DNA of 64,000 nucleotides from Macrostomum lignano (Eukaryota): NCBI GenBank assembly GCA_002269645.1, contig NIVC01000570.1, positions 248,001 to 312,000 of the forward strand, read 5' to 3'. Shown piece by piece: positions 1 to 16,880 of this stretch (position 1 is its first letter; each line of letters starts with the position of its first letter). The notes under the pieces were generated by a model. It saw only the letters and a program-made list of their open reading frames with translations, ran no database searches and was not told where the DNA came from. The position numbers and the translations under genes were made by a program.

Positions 1-966
1 AAATTGTTAAATTGTGCACTATTTTAAGCAGGCCAATTGTCTCCACGCGACTTAAAAGTTCTTTTTGGACACACCCACCTTAGTCAGACAGCCAGTTGAC
101 GCCGGGTTGAACTGGAGATGTGTCAGATTGTGTATCCAATAGCAACAGGATTTGTTAAACTAAGTCAAACAATGATTTTCGATAAGAAACCTGACCCAAA
201 GTTTCTTCATTTTACTCCTTTGGTTGAGGCAAAGTGCAGCTGAATTGCATATGGACATATGACTTGATCGAAGCTAGTGACTTGCCAACTATATTGCTGA
301 TTAATATTACTGGATACTCAATTATTTACAACAATGAAGCCAATTTGCATTCAAAAGTTAAGAGATGATGCACGAAAGCAGTCCATGCAGTCCCCATCGA
401 TTTTCACTCTCGCCGCTTTCGTTCGGCTAATTCAGAAAATGCAATTAAAACTTTTTAGCGACTGTCATCTAACAATAGTTAGATGCTGCGGTAGAAAGCG
501 TCTTGATGTGACTAATGGCAACCATCACTCCAAAGTTATAATTAAATGGCCACTGTAGGTGTCAGAGCGCCAATTTTTTATTGAGGGACGCCAAAACTGC
601 GCCCGTGGCGCCAAAACGAGTGTTGAAAGCGCCAATTAAAAATTTCACCACCAATCGGCTGTTATACGTACCTTTGCGCTTTGAAGATCACCATATTGAG
701 CCCTTATACCGAGCCCTCAGTATATAAAGTTAGTTTAGAATCAAGTCATGCATACATTTTTACTATCCTTGTTTCTATTGACTGAGATCAATAGCTTTGG
801 TTTTATGTTCAACGCCAAGACTTGATTGATCGACGAATTAGCTGTCGTCTGGATCATTTTCATCCGAAATGCGTTATTTTGTTTTCGATTCTCAGAAAAG
901 AAGGCTTTTTAGTAGCTTTTTCAATTAGCTACAGTTTGAAAATTCAAATTGCAGCTGATCGCTTAC

Positions 967-1879
967 CTGTACTCCACCATTTCAAAATTAACGTAAGAAT
1001 GCACCCCCGGCGAGAGGTTGATGAAGTCCCTGGGGTAATGGTTCTTAGGGCCGTAGAATAGAATGGCGCCGCCAGATTTTGACACGTCATAGTCGCCCTC
1101 GTAGGTGATCCCGGCCGTCAGTCTTTCAAATATCACCATGCTTTTCGGGTTGGTCACTACTGGGTTGTTGTCCGTGAACAGTACCTGGCATGTGATATAA
1201 AATAAGGTTTGGATGCTGTTTTTAGAATCGTTTTTTACTTATAATTCTAAGCAAGTATACATGCGCGACGAACCAGTTCGAGCAGGAATTTCTCTATGAG
1301 CACAGTCTGCTGGAGAACACTGTCTCTAGGCATAAACCGGAAACAGTTGCCGTACTTGCTGTCCCAGTAGTTCTGAAAGTCCAGATAAGAGCAATTGAAC
1401 CCTTTGTACAGGCACCTGACTATGAAGACCTCGCGTCGCTGACCCAGATGCTGCAGCAGCATGGTGGGGCCGACCATGTCCTTGGCGATTTGCACAATCA
1501 GCTGATAGTCAGTGCCGAGACCTTTCAAGTAGGCCAGACCAGCCACAAATCGGGACTCCGTGTACAACTGGGTGTACAGGCTGGGATTCTTCGTGACCAT
1601 TTCGTAGTAGTTGGTTGAGGATATCGGGCTCACCGAGCACACCGTGATGTCAGGCGTCTCGAACTGGATCGCTCCCGGACTGATGCTTGTTGATATCGGG
1701 GTTGACAAGAAGTTGATGATTAGCTGCGCGATGTGATAGCTGAAGCCGGCCATGGCAGCCGCTAGGAACAGCATCCACAGCAGCTTCAGGGGCAGCGAGC
1801 GCCTGGCGTGGATTCGGCCGAATCCGTGAGCGGTGGTTGTTGAGATAAAGTCCGAAATGGTGGGCACGCTTAGCTCCAT
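967..1879 (-). CDS. DEG/ENaC (ASIC/amiloride-sensitive channel family) subunit, first two coding exons
   Basis: Exon 1879..1274 encodes the pre-TM1 HG motif (TTTAHGFGRI), TM1 (LLWMLFLAAAMAGFSYHIAQLI), FETPDITVCS and CLYKGFNCS...YGNCFRF. Donor CTG|GTTCGT and acceptor GCCAG|GTA join in phase 0 to exon 1184..967 (VLFTDNN...LSPGVHSYVNFEMVEYR), which ends at AG|GTAAGC. Downstream exons were not resolved. Confidence 0.85.
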
Positions 1880-3070
1880 GCTGCACAATCTGACAATTCA
1901 CCCTTCAAGGATCAAACCTTATTAAGGATCAAAAGTTAACTTTTCTTGAAGATTCAGCCCTGCTATGGTTGCGTGGGTTTAATAAAAAATTAAGCCGATA
2001 CGAATAGAACTAAAATATTGATTAGGAACACACCCTCTGCCGGGTAGGAGTCTCTGCACCAATCAAGGAATTGCGGCGTCCTGAATGCAACCTTCAGAGC
2101 CCAATACCGTTAGCTTTCGTCAAGGTCATTAGGCAGCATCCCTTTTCTATAGTGTTTGATGTCAGTAGTACTTCCAGTACATAAACGTAATTTCATGTGT
2201 CAAACATAGACTAAACGGATATCAAGGAAGACTACCATGTCACGGACAGCTAAATTGCGACGCTACACCAAACTCTCATAATCTCGACCTTTCCAGACTT
2301 CCGAGTTCCAAATGAAGTTAAGCCTCGTTCGAGATGCACTCACAAGTTTAATCAAGTTTCAGTTTTCCTATCTCTTTAGTGTATGTTTATAGTCTATGGC
2401 AAACCCCCATTCAGAGCAGTGCAAAACAGCAAATCTGCGAAATCTGTGATAAAAAGCACAACTGTATTTTGAAAGTTGTCGCTCTTCAATGATAACTTTT
2501 TCTAACTATCTCTCAACAAACTTGTGAAGTCACCTCGAACGAAACCGCTCACGGATGCTTGCTTTATTTGGAATTGGGAAGCAAAAACCATGTCTCTACC
2601 AGCGTCCTAAATGTACTTTTAACTGTCCTTGCTGCATACTTAGAAAGTCCGAACAGGGTGGGCTGCAATAAAGTGCAGTTTGGGTCATAATTACATGCAC
2701 CTGTAAGAAGCCCAGCAGGATCACATGAAAAGTTTCAACTGCTGCATGTACATGTATTGTCCTGGAATTGGGGAAAAGCTATAAGCTGAATCGGCCATAT
2801 GTCACGGATCCCATGGAAAACAATTGTTTAAACAAGGCAAATCAGATCCCGTGCAGTTTGTTAGGCTAATTGCAGAGCATTTGCAATTCAAAGAAGCGAA
2901 TCCACCGTTCACTCAATTCATTTGTTGATTCAGAAATTCTGAACAGCAAAATCAAACGCTCTGTAAATATGCAGGAGAAGCATCTAGAAAATTCTGAGTA
3001 CGTGTAATTCTTACTGTTCGTAGTCTTAGTATTGAATAGTTTATTCAGTGTACCGATTATTAATCCACAG

Positions 3071-5330
3071 ATAGGGGCGCCAGTCAACATGTAGGAGACG
3101 AGAGGGCGCCAATCTACATGTACATGTAGGAGATATGTGGGGCGCCAATCTACATGCACATGTAGGAGATGTGTGGGGCGCCAATCTACATGCACATGTA
3201 GGAGATGTGTGGGGCGCCAATCTACATGCACATGTAGGAGATGTGTGGGGCACTAATCTACATGTAGGAGATATGTGGGCCGCCAATCTACATGTAGGAG
3301 ATGTATGGGGCGTTAATCTACATGTAGGAGTTGTGTGGGGCGCCAATCTACATGTACATGTAGGAGATATGTGGGGCACTAATCTACATGTAGGAGATAT
3401 GTGGGGCGCCAATCTACATGCACATGTAGGAGATGTGTGGGGCGCCAATCTACATGTACATGTAGGAGATATGTGGGGCGCCAATCTACATGTAGGAGAT
3501 ATGTGGGCCGCCAATCTATATGTAGGAGATGTGTGGGCCGCTAATCTATATGTAGGAGATGTGTGGGCCGCCAATCTACATGTAGGAGATGTGTGGGGCG
3601 CCAATCTACATGTAGGAGATGTGTGGGGCGCCAATCTACATGTACATGTAGGATATATGTGGGGCGCCAATCTACATGTAGGAGATGTGTGGGCCGCCAA
3701 TCTACATTTACATGTAGGAGATGTGTGGGGCGCCAATCTACATGTACATGTAGGTGATATGTGGGGCGCCGATCTATATGTAGGAGATGTGTGGGGCGCC
3801 AATCTATGTGTTTGAGATGTGTGGGGCGCCATCTACATGTACGAGCCGTACATGTAGGAGATGTGTGGGGCGCCAATCTACATGTAGGAGATGTGTGGGC
3901 CGCCAATCTACATGTAGGAGATGTGTGGGGCGCCAATCTACATGTAGGAGATGTGTGGGGCGCCAATCTACATGTACATGTAGGAGATATGTGGGGCGCC
4001 AATCTACATGTAGGAGATGTGTGGGGCGCCAATCTACATGTACATGTAGGAGATGTGTGGGGCGCCAATCTACATGTAGGAGATGTGTGGGGCGCCAATC
4101 TACATGTAGGAGATGTGTGGGGCGCCAATCTATATGTAGGAGATGTGTGGGGCGCCAATCTACATGTACATGTAGGAGATATGTGGGGCGCCAATCTACA
4201 TGTAGGAGATATGTGGGGCGCCAATCTACATTTACATGTAGGAGATATGTGGGGCGCCAATCTATGTGTAGGAGATGTGTGGGGCGCCAATCTATATGTA
4301 GGAGATGTGTGGGGCGCCAATCTACATTTACATGTAGGAGATGTGTGGGGCGCCGATCTATATGTAGGAGATGTGTGGGGCGCCAATCTATATGCACATG
4401 TAGGAGATGTGTGGGGCGCCGATCTATATGTAGGAGATGTGTGGGGCGCCAATCTACATGTAGGAAATGTGTGGGGCGCCCATCTACATGTAGGAGATGT
4501 GTGGGGCGCCAATCTATATGTAGGAGATGTGTGGGGCGCCAATCTACATGTACATGTAGGAGATATGTGGGGCGCCAATCTACATGTAGGAGATATGTGG
4601 GGCGCCAATCTACATGTACATGTAGGAGATATGTGGGGCGCCAATCTACATGTACATGTAGGAGATATGTGGGGCGCCAATCTACATGTAGGAGATATGT
4701 GGGGCGCCAATCTACATTTACATGTAGGAGATATGTGGGGCGCCAATCTATGTGTAGGAGATGTGTGGGGCGCCAATCTATATGTAGGAGATGTGTGGGG
4801 CGCCAATCTACATGTACATGTAGGAGATATGTGGGGCGCCAATCTACATGTAGGAGATATGTGGGGCGCCAATCTACATGTACATGTAGGAGATATGTGG
4901 GGCGCCAATCTACATGTACATGTAGGAGATATGTGGGGCGCCAATCTACATGTAGGAGATATGTGGGGCGCCAATCTACATTTACATGTAGGAGATATGT
5001 GGGGCGCCAATCTATGTGTAGGAGATGTGTGGGGCGCCAATCTATATGTAGGAGATGTGTGGGGCGCCAATCTACATTTACATGTAGGAGATGTGTGGGG
5101 CGCCGATCTATATGTAGGAGATGTGTGGGGCGCCAATCTACATGCACATGTAGGAGATGTGTGGGGCGCCGATCTATATGTAGGAGATGTGTGGGGCGCC
5201 AATCTATATGTAGGAGATGGGGGCGCCAATGTAACTACATGTAGGAGATGGGGGTGCAAATCCACATGTATATATGAGATGGGGGCGCCAATCTACATGT
5301 AGGAGATGCGTGGGGCGCCAATCTGCATGT
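3071..5330. repeat. 30/36-bp minisatellite (CATGTAGGAGATGTGTGGGGCGCCAATCTA with optional CATGTA)
   Basis: Direct tandem repeats; they explain the 10- and 12-aa periodic ORFs in several frames. Confidence 0.97.
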
Positions 5331-6171
5331 GTCACTTTCTGATCACAGGCCGGTTTTAATTGAGTCGGCAACTCAAGGCAAATGATCAATCTATTATAGT
5401 AGTCAGGCCGGGTATTTTTGTGATACATACTGCACATGAGTATAGTTGAGTTGCCTATTGCAATTGAAAGAAAGCTTTTGATTACAACCAATTTATGTAA
5501 CCAGAAGTTGCAAAATTCCAAATTTTTGCTGGCCTGGCTTACAGGTAAACAATTGTTTCTTTGAAAATGCCTGCTATTATATAATTGAGTCTCTGCTGAA
5601 ACCTAGACCATCGCTGCAAAATTTCAGTCATAAATGTTTTCTCTAATGAATTTAGAAACCCAATATTCAAAATATGATTTTATTCATAAAACCTTTTTAG
5701 CATATATAGGATTTAATACAGTTCCTTGATACTTCCTTTGATACATGTACTTTGAGCCTCTTCGTTTAACAATGAAAATTAAATGAAGATTTAATGGGGC
5801 AAATTAAATGCCCCAAAAACTCTAAAATATGCAAAGTTGTACTTAAAGTAACAGCGGAATGGAGGGCTCTGGAAGGCTCTGGAAGCTAGGCTCTGAAGGC
5901 TCGACCCAAGTACAGAATCAACGTACTACATAAGAATGATACATGTAAATTGTAATGTAAATTGCATGTCGGACAAATCGTCTAAAATCCAGCAAACTTT
6001 TTAGCGAGTTTGGACTTTCTCGGGTAAATAGAGAATTTAATTATTAACTGTCCGTAGGGTCCGAAGCTCAAATTAACTTAGATAAGAATATAGTAGATTC
6101 TTGAGAGGTGAAATCGACCTATAAGTGTCATATTGTGCATATCTTAGGAGGATTCCTTGATCAGGCAAATA

Positions 6172-7397
6172 CACCATTTTACCTCGTATTTTGAACAAAG
6201 TCTTGTTCAAAAGAAACAAGCAGAACTTCAATTCAAACACTTTAAGAAATATCAGCCCTTGCGGAAATTCAATTCAAACAAAGTCCCTTTCTATTGAAAC
6301 AGAAGAACTTCAATTCAGACTGTCTGTGGCCAAAATTGTCCTCGAGTGACGCGCATGCGCAAACTTGAAATTCAAAAGAAACAAAGTCGCATTCTATATT
6401 CGACAGAGGGATAAAACACAGCATATCGACGAACATAAGAGTAAAATGAAAAACAGGAACAAGACAGTGTCAGTTGGCCAACTTGAGACACCTGACCATC
6501 AATTGCCTGTCCACCAACGCAGCGAGGTACGTATGTAAACACATGGTTGAACCACTCAGTGCACTTGTCCACAGAGATGCAGCCAATGGTTTTGTCCACC
6601 ATGTTGTACAGAATGTCTCGCCGATAGGCCGCCATTGACTGATTCCTGTGCTGCTCAGCTATCGGAGTGATGAAATTTTGCTGGTCTGCTGCCAGTTTTC
6701 TCTTCAGAGTGTCCTTCCAACAGGAGATTGAGTTCTTCACGGGACTCAAAAAATGGACTGTATGGTGGAAGCTGCTTGACCTGAATGGTGTCCGGAATCT
6801 CGTAGGCTGCTTTTCTGCTCTCCCTGACCTCACGATCATGTTCGCTGTTGACCTCTTGACTCCAAGTTGGCGCGCCAGTTCCACAAGTCATCCCCAACAA
6901 TCAGCAGCCCTGATGATACGGTCTCTGTCACTGTTGCTTAAACAATAGTGCACTGCCAAGGCTGCTGTTCCATGATATCTTCATCGAATTCTGCTTCAAA
7001 TTCATCGATTCCATCTTCCAGCAATTCATCGTCTTCTTCAATCTGATCTTCAGCATTAATATCGTTTCTTGTTGCGCAACGATTGTACAGTTATGCAGTA
7101 CAGGGACAACAAAAAAGTTAGATTAATGTACTTAAATGTACTTGTACCCATGTGCGAAAATCTCTGTCGAAATAGAATGCGACTTTGTTTCTTTTGAATT
7201 TCAAGTTTGCGCATGCGCGTCACTCAAGGACAATTTTTGCCACAGACAGTCTGAATTGAAGTTCTTCTGTTTCAATAGAAAGGGACTTTGTTTGAATTGA
7301 ATTTCCGCAAGTGCTGATATTTCTTAAATTGTTTGAATTGAAGTTCTGCTTGTTTCTTTTGAACAAGACTTTGTTCAAAATAGGAGGTAAAATGGTG
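6172..7397 (-). mobile_element. Internally deleted Tc1/mariner-IS630-type DNA transposon with ~235-bp TIRs
   Basis: TA|CACCATTTTACCTC (6170-71 | 6172) mirrors GAGGTAAAATGGTG|TA (7397 | 7398-99). Inverted repeats span ~6172-6408 and ~7163-7397. The interior has a frameshifted HTH remnant (SDRDRIIRA...ELARQLGVKRSTANMIV) fused to the DDE C-terminus (QLPPYSPF...KCTEWFNHVFTYVPRC). Confidence 0.92.
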
Positions 7398-7474
7398 TAA
7401 AATACAACACAACATATTATAATAAGCTGAAAAAATTAACAGAAATTGTCACAATGGATTCTGAGACGACAATA

Positions 7475-7715
7475 CACCTTTTCACATTCAATTTTGATCA
7501 GGGTCTAGTTCTAGAAAAACTAGCGATAATTCAGACAATTCAGACTGGGGATAATTATGTCTATGGCTAAACATTGCTTCGGTGGCAGTATTTTTTAACT
7601 GGGGTTTGTTTCTATTGATTTTCCGCAAGCGTTGCCCCAGTTTGAATTGTCTGAATTGAATTTCTGCTTGTTTTTATAGAACTGGACTTTGATCAAAATT
7701 GAATGTGAAAAGGTG
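7475..7715. mobile_element. 241-bp MITE related to the neighbouring Tc1-like element
   Basis: TA|CACCTTTTCACATTCAATTTTGATCA...TGATCAAAATTGAATGTGAAAAGGTG|TA. Imperfect TIRs of ~80 bp are visibly homologous to the 6172-7397 TIRs (CACC termini, TTGAATTG..TTCTGCTTG). Confidence 0.85.
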
Positions 7716-8021
7716 TACCAATTGATCGTAATAGAATTATGAGCGAAATGACTTTCCTATTAAGATCCGTAAGAAATAATTTGGTTTGCTAAAACAAATT
7801 TTCTTAACAAAAAACTTAAAAAAACAGTAAATGTTTATGCTAAAATTTTTAGTTTGTGAAGAAAACTTAGCTCATCAGCCTAAGTCAACTAATTCTAGAG
7901 TTGGTTCTTACAACTTATTGCAGAGCAGCATTTTAAATTCACGGAATTACACGAAAATATCTGTCATCAATGTGAGTTCTGTACCGTTTGTTCGTCAGTC
8001 GTGCTTTTATGCTCTTCAATC

Positions 8022-9020
8022 ATGAGGCGGCAAAAAATAGCCAGAATTGTTGTTGTCATTCTTTTACTTATCTGCGGTCTGCTTGGACTTATAGCTATGC
8101 TAACGGACCAATGGGTCACAGGCACTTTTGAGAACATCGTCTTTAAGCAGGATATCTGGGGCTCTAAGTGGGTCTATGATCGTAAGTAAATTCTGATTTT
8201 GCAGAAATTTTTCTTTTAGTTTCATTATTTTCCATAATATCATTTCATGTCTTTTAAAATCTTTTTCTTTTTTTAGAGCGGATTTTGTGTGCCCGTGTAT
8301 CCAGTGTAATGATGATCAGCAGTGCTGGTATCGCTCTTCTGGCCATCCCTGCAGAGGCCTGCCTAATGGAATGCAAAAACAGCACATTTTTGAAGATTGT
8401 GTCAATCATAAGCACTGTTCTGGCTTGTAAGTTTTTGTTTAATGCTTCCAATTTTACTTGGTCATTCATTTAACAAAACATCAAAAGTATGCAAAATAGT
8501 TCCTCTAAGTCTAGTTATAAAATAAATACTTGATTTAATTTAAGTACTAGCCAGAAGAATAAAATTATTCAGATAAGCATAAACTTATATTTCAAATTTT
8601 CTAAAAATGTTATTAGATAAATGGCCCTAGGGCCTACATCTAAATATTTTGGTGTTTATATACTTATAGGATGTTAGATATTAGATATTTTATATTTTTT
8701 GTTTTAAATTTACTGGAAATATTCTGTACCTAAATTTTATGCCAACAGTCATCACCAACATGAGCATGTGGTCCTGCATGCTAGACTACACACGCCACCT
8801 TGTGGAGGACACCCGTGGCACTAGCAATGTGCAGTTTGGCTATAGCCTAGCCTTGGCTATTATAGCGTGTCTGGGCTTCTTAGCTGCCGCTATCATTACA
8901 GGGCTGCTAGTCTGTATGAAGCTGATCAACAACGATGCAGAAGGCAAGCGAGCACTGCAGATGGGCCAGCAGCCTTATCCAGATGTGGCTGAGAGTGAAT
9001 TTGAAAGTCCAAAATGGTAA
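8022..9020 (+). CDS. Claudin/PMP22/EMP-like four-TM protein (193 aa, 3 exons)
   Basis: Exons 8022-8181, 8277-8426 and 8749-9020 with GTAAGT donors and TTTTAG/AACAG acceptors; phases 1/1 sum to 582 nt. Four hydrophobic segments, TD-W after TM1 and FGYS before TM4, as in the claudin superfamily. Confidence 0.85.
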
Positions 9021-9660
9021 GGAAGACATTTTTGATATAGAAGCTGACTAATAATTGTAGAAAAGTGTGACATTAAAGTATACTTTGGCTCTGTTTTAGA
9101 AAAATCCAGAAAGTTTTAAATTAAATTTATTCTTGTGTACAGTGCTCATATTGTAATTGTCAACAACAAATGGACTGTTTTTATTATAAAAGCTATTGTT
9201 AACAAGCTGGACCAACTATTCATCATTACTATTTTGAATTGTTACTTGTAACTATAAATTGAATGCTTTTTATTTGCAGTGTATGCCACAAAAGTGCATG
9301 CAATGCTTAACATTCTGTTTTAAACACATTCCATTTTTAACACTGGTTCTCCAATCTTGAAGAAATAGTTGATTTTCTCAAGATTATTTTATGTAATTTA
9401 ATTTTCGTTGTATTTACAAATTACCTAATCAATAATAGTTCCAAATTAACATTCCTTTGAAGTTTTGTGACCCCTTTAACATTCATATAATAAATTATAA
9501 GTAGGTGCAAATTTTAATGCATATTAACTAAAAATGCAAACAGAAAATAAAATCGCATCAATGACATTCTATATTTAGTTTTTCACGCAAAAACTGTTGT
9601 AATTTGCTATGGGAGAAATATTAATCCTATTTATTTATCCAATACCTGCCGTTGTGATGG

Positions 9661-10297
9661 GACAGTGGTATGTCAGGTGAGGCAGTGGTATGTCAAGTGA
9701 GGCAGTGGTATGTCAAGTGAGGCAGGGTGTGTCAGGTAAGGCAGTGGTGTGTCAGGTAAGGCAGTGGTGTGTCAGGTAAGGCAGTGGTGTGTCAGGTGAG
9801 GCAGTGGTATGTCAGGTAAGGCAGTGGTGTGTCAGGTAAGGCAGCGGTGTGTCAGGTGAGGCAGTGGTGTGTCAGGTAAGGCAGTGGTGTGTCAGGTGAG
9901 GCAGTGGTGTGTCAGGTGAGGCAGCAGTGTTTCAGGTAAGGCAGTGGTGTGTCAGGTGAGGCAGTGGTGTGTCAGGTGAGGCAGCAGTGTTTCAGGTAAG
10001 GCAGTGGTGTGTCAGGTGAGGCAGCAGTGTTTCAGGTAAGGCACTGGTGTGTCAGGTAAGGCACTGGTGTGTCAGGTGAGGCATTGATGTGTTAGGTGAG
10101 GCAGCGGTGTGTCAGGTGAGGCAGTGGTGTGTCAGGTGAGGCAGCGGTGTGTCAGGTGAGGCAGTGGTGTGTCAGGTAAGGCAGTGGTGTGTCAGGTGAG
10201 GCAGTGGTGTGTTAGGTGAGGCATTGATGTGTTAGGTGAGGCAGCGGTGTGTCAGGTGAGGCAGCGGTGTGTCAGGTGAGGCAGTGGTGTGTCAGCT
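9661..10297. repeat. 20-bp minisatellite (GCAGTGGTGTGTCAGGTGAG)
   Basis: About 31 tandem copies. Confidence 0.95.
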
Positions 10298-10367
10298 AGG
10301 CAATAAACGCTTATAAATGTAAATTCCACCGGCAGAAGTGTACGCATGTAGAGATGTACAACAGTAG

Positions 10368-10814
10368 TCAGGCACTTGCCGAAATGCTGCTAGGGATTCT
10401 GGCTGACCGGTGCGAAATCCGGCTGGCAGTCTGCGTGGAGCAGGCGGGGCACTTGGCGGTCAGCGGCATGGGCAGCTGGGTGCGGCTCAGGCAGGTGGAC
10501 TGGTTGCGCTTCCGGCGCTGCACCAGGCAGTGGCGCAACAGCTGGCGGAACTGCCGCTGCCGGTCCGACACCCGGTAGTAGCAGCCTGTACAGCTGCGGC
10601 TGCGCCAGTCGACCCTGGGCAGCGCCAATGCCGCCGCGCGCGCCGGGTACCGGCGACATAAACCATTGGTGACGTCGGCATCGGCGGCGTTTTTGCAGAC
10701 TTTGACTTCGGTCGGCTCCGCCGTCAGCATGCGAACGAATGGCGCGATGGCAAAACCGCCCCACATCAGAGAGAGAACTAGCAGGAAGAATACTGCGGGT
10801 TTCAGGGTGTGCAT
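10368..10814 (-). CDS. Orphan 148-aa protein with N-terminal signal peptide/TM and Cys-rich body
   Basis: ATG-started, GC-rich single ORF in non-repetitive DNA between two arrays. Hydrophobic N-terminus (AVFFLLVLSLMWGGFAIA), 8 Cys including CTGC and CPAC, and an RRKR site. No family recognised. Confidence 0.5.
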   Translation of the reverse strand: MHTLKPAVFFLLVLSLMWGGFAIAPFVRMLTAEPTEVKVCKNAADADVTNGLCRRYPARAAALALPRVDWRSRSCTGCYYRVSDRQRQFRQLLRHCLVQRRKRNQSTCLSRTQLPMPLTAKCPACSTQTASRISHRSARIPSSISASA

Positions 10815-11027
10815 GGTTCGATCTGGGTGTCCTGGGTGATTTCGTCAAATGTAGCCTTTAGGGCAGGGCTCGGCTAAAATTTTTACCTCGGGCCAGATCA
10901 TGGGGAATGCAGCTCTTGTGTCTGCGGGCCAGATGAGAGTGGAAAGGAAAGGGAACGAAAGATGAGAGAAGAGAGGAGAGGGGGAAAGAAGAAGAGAAGA
11001 GATAGAGCTGAGCAGAGACAAATTGAG

Positions 11028-11582
11028 CGGGCCGGATTGCCATTGTGATCAGTTTCAAAGGACCCGAGGGCCGGATTGCCATTGTGATCAGTTTCAAAGG
11101 ACCCGATGGCCGGATTGCCATTGTGATCAGTTTCAAAGGACCCGAGGGCCGGATTGCCATTGTGATCAGTTTCAAAGGACCCGAGGGCCGGATTGCCATT
11201 GTGATCAGTTTCAAAGGACCCGAGGGCCGGATTGCCATTGTGATCAGTTTCAAAGGACCCGATGGCCGGATTGCCATTGTGATCAGTTTCAAAGGACCCG
11301 ATGGCCGGATTGCCATTGTGATCAGTTTCAAAGGACCCGAGGGCCGGATTGCCATTGTGATCAGTTTCAAAGGACCCGAGGGCCGGATTGCCATTGTGAT
11401 CAGTTTCAAAGGACCCGAGGGCCGGATTGCCATTGTGATCAGTTTCAAAGGACCCGATGGCCGGATTGCCATTGTGATCAGTTCCAAAGGACCCGAGGGC
11501 CGGATTGCCATTGTTATCAGTTTCAAAGGACCCGAGGGCCGGATTGCCATTGTGATCAGTTTCAAAGGACCCGAGGGCCGGA
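11028..11582. repeat. 39-bp minisatellite (GGGCCGGATTGCCATTGTGATCAGTTTCAAAGGACCCGA)
   Basis: About 14 near-identical copies; gives 13-aa periodic ORFs. Confidence 0.97.
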
Positions 11583-11784
11583 TAGAGAGGCTTCAAGGGC
11601 CGCGTATGGATTGCCACTGTAGGGTGATTGGGATGTCTGCAGATATCTGCAGATTGGGATGTCTTGGCGATTGGTATGTCAGATATTGGGTGATCGGGGT
11701 GTCAGATATTGGACGAGTGAAGTGTCAAGTATCAGTTGGGTGTGGTGTCAAATATAGGGTGAGTGGTGTCTCAGATATTGGGTA

Positions 11785-11960
11785 AGTGGGGTGTCAGATG
11801 TAAGGTGAGTGGGGTGTCAGATGTAGGGTAAGTGGGGTGTCAGATGTAGGGTGTGGGGTGTCAGACGTAGGGTGAGTGGGGTGTCAGATGTAGGGTGGGT
11901 GGGGTGTCAGATGTAAGGTGAGTGGGGCGTCAGATGTAGGGTGAGTGGAGTGTCAGGTAT
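11785..11960. repeat. ~22-bp minisatellite (AGTGGGGTGTCAGATGTAGGGT)
   Basis: About 8 degenerate tandem copies. Confidence 0.85.
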
Positions 11961-12784
11961 TGCATCAATCAAGGCCTCGCTTACCGCAGACAATCTGAAC
12001 AGTTTGTAACTCTTCATTGACAGCTTGGGTCGGAGTCATAATGACGCGCAGTCTTGTCAGACTAGTATCTTGCTAATCGATTTACGATGTCATTGCCTTT
12101 AAAAATAAACCACTAATCCCACACAGCTGATTTATCTGACATTCTATGGCCGAAGTTGCGAGACTAGCTATACAATACATGCTACTTGCAAGTTGACTTC
12201 ATAAGTAATATTATAAGCACCACGTGGAAATAATTCTAATGTCAGGAATAAAGTCTTATTATTTTTCAATACACTCGCATGTAGAAGAAGCAACAGAAAC
12301 GGCCAAAAATGTTTAATTATATTTGTCTTTGCTATACGAGTAGGTAGTCAGGTGAATCTCTGCAACAATCGTAGTTCGTAAGCCGAGAAATTAGTGGGCG
12401 CTATTAATCGATAAAGCCAATTGCTACATCTATAAGTACACTCCTTGCTATATTTGAGTTCCACCATGCAAAATGAAACATTTTCGGCAACATTGTTTCA
12501 CGTTTTTGTTGAGCTTTCAAAAACCGTTTATCGTAATGTCTTTGATTGAAGGTCGTGTTACAACTTAAACGGTAATATAGTTCTTGATAAAAATATCTCT
12601 GGGTCTCACTGCGAAAGTCTCCCTGTAGCGATGGGAAGAGCTTAATTAATTAAGCAATATTTATCAAATAATTCGAATCCTTTTCGGTATCTGCACAGTG
12701 AAGTACTTCATGGTCTGACTCTCCGATGAAGCTTTGATCACACAAGATAACACATGCTACTAGCAGTAGTGCGAGTTCAGGCTT

Positions 12785-16463
<3,679 letters not shown>

Positions 16464-16527
16464 GGGAGGCTGGCTGCTAAGAGTAAAGAGAGTGGTAAAG
16501 ACCGTAAAGTTCTGTGGAGTCTTCAGT

Positions 16528-16880
16528 CTAGGTCTAGTGTCCACTGCCTAGGTCTAGTGTCCGCTGCCTAGGTCTAGTGTCCGCTGCCTAAATCTAGTGT
16601 CCGCTGCCTAAATCTAGTGTCCGTTGCCTAGGTCTAGTGTCCGCTGCCTAAATCTAGTGTCCGCTGCCTAGGTCTAGTGTCCGCTGCCTAGGTCTAGTGT
16701 CCGCTGCCTAAATCTAGTGTCCGCTGCCTAGGTCTAGTGTCCGCTGCCTAGGTCTAGTGTCCGCTGCCTAAATCTAGTGTCCGCTGCCTAGGTCTAGTGT
16801 CCGCTGCCTAGGTCTAGTGTCCGCTGCCTAAATCTAGTGTCCGCTGCCTAGGTCTAGTGTCCGCTGCCTAGGTCTAGTGT
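16528..16880. repeat. 20-bp minisatellite (GGTCTAGTGTCCGCTGCCTA) upstream of the SK ATG
   Basis: About 17 tandem copies. Confidence 0.96.

Noticed and set aside
3041-5302. Very long ORFs (up to 574 aa) with periodic His/Cys/Trp sequences, and similar periodic ORFs at 11, 14, 19-20, 22, 24, 29, 31, 33, 38, 45, 47, 50, 52, 57, 60 and 62 kb
   Set aside because: They are open in several frames and on both strands only because the repeat units lack stop codons; there is no unique flanking coding sequence or splice support.
16464-16544. SK start at 16544 as given by the ORF track
   Set aside because: That codon is GTG inside the edge of a satellite; the first in-frame ATG is at 16463.
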